Source: Diploschistes diacapsis (Eukaryota). Taken from it: a stretch of DNA of 34,046 nucleotides. The DNA lies in the NCBI GenBank assembly GCA_023645945.1, contig JALAIB010000088.1:1-34046 (forward strand). Direction: 5' to 3'. Of this stretch, positions 21,161 to 29,495 are shown piece by piece. The position numbers were made by a program, and so were the translations under genes. Below the pieces are notes generated by a model, which made no database searches, was not told the origin of the DNA, and saw nothing but the letters and a program-made list of their open reading frames with translations. The first letter of the stretch is position 1. Each line of letters opens with the position of its first letter.

Positions 21161-24088
21161 ATGGCGTGGCAGCCAGATGAGACCCAGATGCGTCAGCTGG
21201 CTGGATATCTTCGCGATGCGCTCGATGGGCGCGATCAAAATGCACAAAAATATGCCACAGTGGTGAGCCATGCCCAACCCACACACAAGAGGAGCCCGTG
21301 GAAAGATCTATTGCTGACAAGAATGCAATAGATGCTCTCGCAAGCGAAATCCTCGCCAGATATCGCCAATTACCTCATGTCCATATTGAAAGGCGACGCC
21401 AACTACCTGGGTCTGCCGCCAGATCAGGCTGTTCTGTCTCGAAGTATGGCAGCCATCACTTTAAAGAACCTTATAAAAACGAAATACAATACGATTCCGA
21501 CAGACAAGTTGGCCAGCATACGCAAGTCAATAGTGCCATGCCTGAGCGATAGCAATCTGCAGATACGGAACGTGGTCGGAACCGTCATTACCGAACTCGT
21601 CAAGCAGGGCGGCGTCGCCGGATGGCCTGAAGTGTATGGCGAACTGTTCTCAATGGCCGAAAATGAACAGGGACAGGTTACCGAAAAGGCACAGGAAGGC
21701 GCGATCAGCAGTATTCTGAAGATCTGTGAAGATAATAGCAAGGTTTTGAACAAAGATTATATGGGGCAGATACCCCTCGATGCCTTCCTACCCAAACTAT
21801 ACAAACTGATGACGAGCGACAACGCCAGAGTTCGAGCCTTGACCCTCGAATGCGTCAACATCTTCCTGCCGCTAAAGCCCAAAGCTCTGATCACCTCGAT
21901 GGAGACGTTCCTGACACATCTATTTCGACTGTCATCGGATTCGAGTGATGATGTACGCAGATTCGTTTGCCGTTCCTTCGTGCAGTTGGTCGACACCAAG
22001 CCTGACGCGCTACTTCCTTTTATGAACGGTCTGGTCGACTACATGGTCACACAGCAAAGAAACACTGACGAACCGGACCTTGCTCTGGAAGCTGCAGAGT
22101 TCTGGCTTTCGCTTGGAGAGCATAAAGAGCTCGGGGTCAGCCTTGGACCTTATCTTAGTAAGATCATACCGACACTGCTCGAGAGCATGGTCTACTCCGA
22201 CGATGACATCGCTCGGCTTGAGGGAGAACGCGACGATGCCGAAGAGGAGGATCGAGAGCAGGACATCAAACCGCAGTTCGCGAAATCGAAGCGAGGCCCT
22301 ACAATTGATCAGTCGGTGTCAAAGGGTACAAATGGCGCGAATGGGACTGCGGTAAGTGATGAGCTGAGCGATGGCGAAATCGAGGAACCCGAAGAGGAGG
22401 ACGGAGAAAACCCCGAGGAGGAATGGAATCTTCGGAAATGCTCGGCGGCAGCGCTGGATGTCCTTGCAAGCTTTTTCCCAGAACAGATCTTCGAAGTCAG
22501 CCTTCCTTACCTCAAAGGTAATCTTACTCATCAGGATTGGCCGAATCGCGAAGCTGCCGTACTGGCCTTTGGAGCCGTAGCAGAGGGATGCGAGGCGGTT
22601 GTTGCGCCTTACTTACCCGACCTGATACCGTTTTTGCTGTCGCTCCTTCAGGATAGGGAACCGGTGGTGCGGAAGATCACTTGCTGGGCCCTGGGCCGAT
22701 ATACCCGATGGGTCGTGCACTTGGAACGCGAGCATCCCGACCAGATGTCCAAGTACCTCGAGATGACAGTCGACGGTATTCTCAAGACCATGGTCGATAG
22801 GAACAAGTCTGTCCAAGAAGGAGCCGCCTCTGCTTTCTCGACGCTCGAGGAGACCGCCACGTACAGACTGACGCCATACTGTCTGCCCATTGTTCAGCAG
22901 TTCGCCAAGTGCTTTGACATGTTCAAGGACCGCAACATGTTTATCCTGTACGACTGCGTGCAGACGCTGGCCGAGCATGTTGGACCGAAGCTCCAGGACC
23001 CACAGGTCGAGCGCGTTCTGATGGGCGCCTTGACTCAAAGGTGGCAAAAGGTTTCGGACCGATCGCGGGAGCTGTTCCCGCTCCTTGAATGTCTTTCGTA
23101 TGTCGCTGCAGCAATGGGCAATGCCTTCTCTCCCTACGCGGTTCCAATCTTTACAAGGTGCATACAGGTCGTGCACCAGAACCTTGAAGAAAGCCACGCA
23201 GCCGCCGAGAACGCCGGGCTCGACAAGCCGGACAAAGACTTTCTTGTCACCAGCCTGGACCTTCTGAGCTCCATCATCCAAGCCCTTACCGCAGAGCAAA
23301 GCGGCCAGCTCGTGGCCAGCTCCGAACCCAAGATGTTCGACCTTCTTCGCCACTGCATGCAAGACCCTAACAACGACGTCCGCCAGTCCTCGTACGCCCT
23401 GCTGGGCGACTGCGCCATCTACCTCTTCCCGCACCTCCAGCCCGTCCTCCCTGCCATCCTTCCGGTCCTCGTCACCCAGCTCGACGTCTCCACCATGTCC
23501 GTGGACGCCGCCGAATCGTCGTTTGCCGTCATCAACAACGCGTGCTGGTCCTGCGGCGAGATTGCGCGGCAAGAACACCCGGGGCTGCTACCTTATGTGA
23601 AGAAGATCTACGAGCGCCTGTTGAACATCATCTCGAACCCGGAAGTACCGGCTTCGGTGACGGAGAACGCGGCCATTGCCCTGGGTAGGCTGGGGTTGCA
23701 CTGTTCAGAGCAGCTGGCGCCGCATCTGGCAGAGTTTGCCAAGCCATTTCTGCAAGCGTTGGAGGCCGTGGAGGGCACGAACGAGAAGGGGCAGGCGTTT
23801 GTGGGGCTTAACAGCAGCATCTCGCGAAATCCCGCGGCGATGTCGGATTGTTTGGTGGAGTACATGGTTTCCGCCGCGGATCTAACGGCAAGCGGATGCA
23901 GGGAAGAACGTTTGTTTGAGACGTTCAAGCAGGTAAGAAAGCATGATTGCTAGGAATATCGGACTATGGATAACAGTGCACTGCAGGTCCTCAGCGGCTA
24001 CAAGCAGATGTTGCCAAACTTTGACGATTTTCTTGCCTCACTCGACCCTGCGCGGCAGCAGAAACTAAAGTCGACCTTTGGGGTCTGA
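21161..24088 (+). CDS. KAP104: Transportin / importin beta-2 (karyopherin beta-2), 3 exons, ~934 aa
   Basis: Exons 21161-21262 (MAWQPDETQMRQLAGYLRDAL...), 21332-23932, 23987-24088. Transportin motifs ALEAAEFWL, acidic H8 loop (DAEEEDREQDIKPQF), WNLRKCSAAALDVLA, REAAVLAFGAVAEGC, VRKITCWALGRY, NNACWSCGEI, ENAAIALGRLG. Confidence 0.96.
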
Positions 24089-24880
24089 CGCTCTGCACCC
24101 ACCTTTCGACAGATTCGGTTTTACCCGTTGCATCGGCGAAGCTCATACCGCATCCTTTGAACGCTTCTTTTTCCAGTGCCTTGTTAGACAGCCTCTATCA
24201 TGATTATAGTCGTCATCATTTTCGAACATCTCTCACCATCCCAAGCCTGTTGAATGCCTGGCTAGATTTCATAGCGTGTCTGGATCCCATCAACGCCATC
24301 CATCGACTCCAGCCGGAGCAAACGTCTCATAACAACTACCCTCACCAACGATCTTGCGATAATCCCCACAACACATCTCCTCTTCTATGTTCTGATCTGA
24401 TTTGATTTCGATTCCGCATAGCATCAGCCGGCAAGATGTGGATCGGGAACGTTTGGGCAACAAAAAGTATGCATCGGGGATAAATCGGGCGGCGAATCAC
24501 GTTGGGTTGCTTATTACGATTCAGTGGCCGTGCGGGAGAGCGTGGGCAGAGAAAGGAAGGATCAGGGCGCTGAGGAACGTTGGTCTACGAATGGATGATC
24601 CGCACGAGAGCGATACCGAGCAGGACGGCCGGGGGTCACATGAGAGGGAAGGCATTACGTGGAGACCTTGATAGGTTGGCAAGGCCCATGGCTTAGGGCT
24701 ATGGAGGTTCTGGGTTGCTTGCGTGGGGGGGGACCTGCTGGCAGAGCGGATCGATAGCAAGTTCTTTCTTTCCACCAGTCTCCAGCGTCGGCCTGCATGT
24801 GGTACTACTCTCCAGAAGAGAGCGCGAAAGGGGAAGAAGATAGACAACCAACGACGCCGGCTGTCAGGTACGAAGGTATA

Positions 24881-24955
24881 GCATAGCACAGCACAGCATA
24901 GCACAGCACAGCACAGCACAGCACAGCAGAGCAGAGCACAGCAGAGCAGAGCAGA
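24881..24955. repeat. Pentanucleotide microsatellite GCA(C/T/G)A x15
   Basis: gcata gcaca gcaca gcata gcaca... shifting to gcaga units at the 3' end. Confidence 0.95.
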
Positions 24956-25161
24956 GAAATATCAATGTATGCACCCCCCACATGCCAGTTCGGTCAGTCG
25001 GTCAGTCAATCTGTTCCAGTCGAACACATGCTTGATGCATCATGTATCATATATGTCAAGCAATTCTTAGTTCGCGCGCGCAGAGTAAGTTACCTACCTT
25101 CCCGCTCCGCCTCGCTTTGGTGCAAAAGCCCAACTTCCTTCGCCTTATATAGACTCGAGCC

Positions 25162-25178
25162 TTTTTTTTTTTTTTTTT
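25162..25178. repeat. Poly(T)17 tract
   Basis: 17 consecutive T between the convergent KAP104 and transcription factor genes. Confidence 0.9.
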
Positions 25179-26358
25179 ACCCTTTGTACTATCGTGCTAT
25201 CATACTATCAATCCCCTTTTCTCCCCGAGCAATATCAGGTCCAGTCCAGTCGGCAAAATCCCGCACGCACACGCGCGCGCGCGCCGATGGTTACTCGATC
25301 CGTTGGCGTTTTGGCTTCCCCCCCCGCCCCCTGTCTTATCGACCATGGTGGATATTGTAGACTGGAGGAGAGCCAGAGCAGAGCGGAGCGAAATGAATGG
25401 AGTGAAGTGAGTTGGACTGAGGAGATTGAGATTGGAAGATGAGAATGAAAAATAAAAACATAAAGTAAAAACATAAAAGAGGCACGACGTGGCAGGGGAA
25501 GAAGAATGTAAAAGAAAGTTTTTATAACTTTTGTATGTATGCGTGGGACCACGGGCGTGGGCAGAGGATGGACAACGTTTCCGTCTGCAGATACGCGGAC
25601 CCGAGACGGTGATGGAAAGCATGGCGGTGTTTGGTATCGAGTCGAGTCTCTGATCCGGAGATTTTACATTACAAGCTAGTTGGGGGAAGGGGCTGGCTGG
25701 GTTGAGGTGGTTGGAGCACCATGTCAAACAATCGGACAACAGAGCAGAGCGCAGCAGCTTCTGGAAACTTTGCATTGCACCTGGTGATGAGCATCGCCTC
25801 CCCCTCTTGCCGTGGCGTGATATTCTATTAGAGACTAGCGTTTAGTGTATTAGGCATGCCCATAAGCATGTATTGTCTTGATCGAGGCAACGGAGAAGCA
25901 TTGGGCATGCAAAGGCACGCATGCGCCAGGCAATCCGTGTCCCAGCTAGCCAGACTCCTTGCTAAGTAAAGTCAAATAAGATAACATTGATGCATTCGTT
26001 ATCGTGTGTTGCGCCGACATCGCTCATTGTTGCCACGTGATATTATGCGTCAAAAGCGATCATAAATCTGCTCAAAGATTGTCCAAATTCGTCAACAAAA
26101 ACGGCTAGATGTCTCGGAAATGGTTTGATGGAGGTATCTCGAGTAAGGAGTGAACAGGCGGTGAGGTTGGGTGTGGTAGAGCCCCTAGGTCAGCGTGACA
26201 ACCGGACAAGGATGCGCGTCGGCAGAATACTACTGATACATGTCGTGAATCGTATCCAAAAGGAGCGTCGGGTGTCTCCAAGGAATGGAAGCCGTTAGGC
26301 CATCTCATGGGAAAGAGGGCAGGCATGCTACATGAGCTGGAAAAGGCGAGCGTCTATA

Positions 26359-26412
26359 GTCGTCGTCATCGTCGTCGTTGTCGTCGCCGTCGTAGTAGTA
26401 GTAGTAGTAGTC
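26359..26412. repeat. Compound trinucleotide microsatellite (GTC)n(GTA)n
   Basis: gtcgtcgtcatcgtcgtcgttgtcgtcgccgtcgtagtagtagtagtagtagtc, about 100 nt downstream of the transcription factor stop codon. Confidence 0.9.
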
Positions 26413-26510
26413 TTCATCAGAAAGCAAATCAGAAAGCAAGGAACGTCGTCATGCAACGGAGTCAATGCGCGCAGTTAGGTCGAATCCCTCGAGGGCACCG
26501 AAGCGGGCCG

Positions 26511-28595
26511 TCACATGTGAGGTGGTGTGCCTTGCCAAGACAAGGCACGGTCCTTGTTCTTGTCGGCAGATTCATCGTATGGGAAGCTATATCCGGCATA
26601 TCAGTGGCCGCAATCCCTTGCAGAACTTTCATATGCTCACCCTGCTGCAAAAGCACCCCAGGAACCGCTACGGTCGCCCGGTAAGCTGTGGTGGTCTTCG
26701 TCCAAGTACGCCGATGGGACCGGCGAATAAGCTTGTGGAGAATAGGCTGGCGAGTCGCTGGGACCGAAGCCGCTGAAGCCACCGAAAGAGCGTCCGTCAA
26801 AGTTCATGGAGTTTGGCCTGGATCCAGCTTGCTCCGCAAAGCCAGAGTGGCGGCGAGACGCGGGGGAGGCAAAAGAATTCAAGAAGGGCGAAGGAGGCAC
26901 GCTAAGGTTCAGATCCTCGACGCTGATGTTTCCCATGAACGTGTTGTATGAGGGCGGAAATGCAGGGGTCGTTGGTCCCGAATCGATGTTTAGGTTCTGG
27001 AAGCTGTACGGACTATGCTGGCCGGCGTTCAGCTCTGGCGGGAGCATCGAGTCGAAGCTGCCCCTCGACTGTCGAGTTCTGCTGGTGATAACACGCGGAA
27101 AGTTCATGAGATCGTCCATCGCGGAGGCAGAGTCGAGGCTTGCGAGAGAGCCATACCGCAGACGCCGGTCAATGTCCTCCAGGGGGGCCGTGACCAATGC
27201 ACCAAAAGCAGCTCCCTTGAGCTCGGGCAGAGAGGCGTCAATGGCCATTGCAATGGCATAGAGGTGCGCAACGGCCAGGAAATTCGAGTCGGCATGCTTC
27301 ATGGCTTGGACCAGGTGTATGGGAACCCACATGAGCCGCATGCGCATGGGCTGGAGCTTGTCGAAGAGTTGCTCGTCCCTCATCGTACGGCTGCACTGCT
27401 CAATCTCCGTTGCGTTGGATATAAGCTCTTGGACGAAGGAAGCGAGGGTGCTATCGCTCTGTAGGCAAGGTGCCAAATAATGAAGGGCGCTGATGCCCTC
27501 CTGGAGCGACTGGTCGTCCTCGGGCAGCATCGGCGCCAACATTCCACCCATGCCCCCTCCCATTTGCGGCGGCATGAAGAGGGGATCCCGATCCTGGGAC
27601 TGGACATGACGCTCCACGAAATCGGCAAGAATCGAATTGTTCCTCCAGCTCGTCATCTCGGAGAGGACCTTGGGGGGGCCTGGTCAGCTCGGTGTTTCCC
27701 TCTTTGCTCTCGGTATGGATGGCGGATAACATACCGAAGTGATGCCCGACATAAGCGATGTCCATCCTGCCCTGTCTCTCATCAGCTGCTTGTCCGGTGT
27801 AGTGAGCCATTGCAGTAAAATCCTACCAATCTGACGCTTGCCAGGAGAGAAGAATGGAGGCGGCAAGGATTGGATCGGAATTGACGTTGGAGAAGTTTCC
27901 GATTGCGACATGCAGGCCGTTCAAGGCAATGCCGCGATGATGGTAGGCAAGATTCCTCGTCTCGACCGATTTCGTTTCGGCGGCCAAGTTGGTGGCCGAG
28001 AATGCAAGAATGGCGCTCATGACGAAGTCGTTTCCAGCCGTCAGATCGAGGAAGCTGGGTGTTGCGTTATTTGGGAGGCATCGGCAGCCAAGGAGGTTCT
28101 TGCTTACATGGGCAGCTTGTCCACCCAGGCTGTGCAGCTCAGCATGCCCTTGTGCTGCAGGTCCCGGTAGATGGTCGAGATGTGGTGCACCAGACGGCGA
28201 TCTATTTTCGAGAGACTGTTGAATTGGTCGACAAAGTGTAGGCCGAGCTCGGGAAAGGGGTAAATGCCGGTCCTGATCCAGTTATCGATCTCAGCCTCCA
28301 CGTTGGGCGTCCAGAGCAGGTTGGGCCCCGGAGGCATTTTCGGCATATCGTCCAGCGGAGGCGGTGCGTCCATGTAGTCGCACCTGCAGCTATGCTTGGT
28401 GCAGTTCCGGCTGCATGCACGTCAGTCAGTCGGTGCACCGCGCAGACTCAGAGATGTCGCACAGGGCTGCGTCAGACATACTCACCATTGTGGGAAATGC
28501 TCGTCGCATCGGATGTGTCGTTTCTTGCACGTCTTGCAACCTTTCCTCGATTTGGTATGACTCTTTCGAGGAGGACCTCCTCCTGGTCCGGCCAT
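26511..28595 (-). CDS. Zn(II)2Cys6 transcription factor, Upc2/Ecm22-like (Fungal_trans_2 / DUF3468-type middle domain), 6 exons, ~593 aa
   Basis: Exons 28595-28486, 28410-28108, 28054-27827, 27771-27735, 27668-26641, 26586-26511 in frame. Spliced N-terminus MAGPGGGPPRKSHTKSRKGCKTCKKRHIRCDEHFPQCRNCTKHSCRCDY is a full six-Cys cluster split by intron 1, so the ORF track misses it. Middle domain FVMSAILAFSATNLA...AYHHRGIALNGL...NSDPILAASILLSWQ. The last exon is less certain; the unspliced form stops at 26637. Confidence 0.9.
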
Positions 28596-29193
28596 TCGGG
28601 ATTGAGGTCAAAGCCCTGGGGTCCGGGTTCGTATGCTATGGACAGGGAAGACTCGAGAACGGTGTTGATGACACGAAAAGACCAGACTGCTAAGCTTGAA
28701 CCGGCTTGCTCGGAAGCGAAAGCGGATGGGTCGAAAATGGGTCCAGCTAGCCAGACGATTCGGCTTTGATTCTTGCAGCAGAGTCGCCCAAGGCTCAGCG
28801 GGAGAACTGGCGGGGGCTTGGCAGCCGTGGGGGCGGACGCCGTGGTATGACTGCAATGAGCGCTTGCTGGCTGCAGGGATCAAGAACGAGAGTCACTGGG
28901 ATGGAGAGTATGAGCTATCTGCAAGCAATGTGCAAAGAAGCGAGCGACAAGACTTTATGAGCGGGTGTCTTGGGCGGGAGGGGGTAGTTTTGGTTGCCGC
29001 CTTTTCTGAGCGAGGGACAGGAACGGGGCGAGCGTGCCAAGCGGTGGGCTAAACAGATGCTGGCGAATAGAGGGCTGAATTAGAAAATTAACGAGAGTGA
29101 CTGCAAGACTGCAGGCTGACGCTATCAAGTCTCGAAAGAAAAGAAAGATGAGATGGACTGAGAAGGAGGAGACGAGAGAGGTGAAGTAGAGGA

Positions 29194-29285
29194 TCAAGCC
29201 ATAGAGGAGAGAGGGCAGAATAGACACTACTAGTACTTTGCCCTCTCTGCTACTAGCAGACAGGCGGCGGAAGCTAGAGGAACAT
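29194..29285 (-). other. Two minimal upstream ORFs (MFL*, 29285-29274; MA*, 29202-29194) in the probable leader of the Zn2Cys6 gene
   Basis: Minus strand reads ATG TTC CTC TAG and ATG GCT TGA, the only minus-strand ATGs between 28596 and ~29680. The transcription start is unknown. Confidence 0.4.
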
Positions 29286-29311
29286 AGAAGTAAAGTCGTC
29301 CAGTTGTGATT

Positions 29312-29353
29312 GTGAGTGAGCGTGAGCGTGAGTGTGAGTGTGAGCGTGAGTGA
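29312..29353. repeat. Hexanucleotide-type microsatellite GTGAG(C/T)n
   Basis: gtgagtgagcgtgagcgtgagtgtgagtgtgagcgtgagtga upstream of the Zn2Cys6 gene. Confidence 0.9.
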
Positions 29354-29453
29354 ATAATTGGGCGAATCCAAGTGTGCGCTTGCTGTGGACAGAAAGGGAA
29401 TAGCGTGCTTTCCGTCAAGTGTTCAACAAGGGGTTTCAATAGCAATAACTCAG

Positions 29454-29495
29454 TAATGGATAACGGATAATGGATATTGGATAATGGATAATGGA
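29454..29495. repeat. Heptamer tandem repeat TAATGGA x6 (two variant units)
   Basis: taatgga taacgga taatgga tattgga taatgga taatgga. Confidence 0.9.

Noticed and set aside
22352..22396. Perfect G|GTAAGT donor inside the KAP104 H8 loop (possible exitron)
   Set aside because: Downstream sequence is purine-rich with no good branch point or YAG, and one such hexamer is expected by chance in a 2.6-kb exon.
22613..23578. 321-aa antisense ORF inside KAP104
   Set aside because: Lies wholly opposite a conserved GC3-rich exon; codon bias suppresses antisense stops and the translation has no recognisable features.
268..24088. Stop-codon read-through producing peroxisomal (PTS1) extensions
   Set aside because: None of the stop codons inspected has the TGA CTA context; the KAP104 TGA-C extension does not end in an SKL-like tripeptide.
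24521..25775. Short ORFs such as MLCCAVLCCAVLC and the poly-F frame
   Set aside because: They are translations of the pentamer microsatellite and T tract, with no coding signature.
28608..28883. 91-codon non-ATG ORF in frame with the transcription factor, separated by one TGA (read-through extension?)
   Set aside because: Starts at TTG, the stop context is TGA CCT rather than the TGA CTA read-through motif, and the peptide is unremarkable.
12118..29495. Tandem repeats as a CRISPR array, telomeric repeat or transposon termini
   Set aside because: No repeat-spacer structure, no TTAGGG arrays, no terminal inverted repeats or LTR pairs, and no transposase or reverse transcriptase motifs; these are simple slippage repeats.
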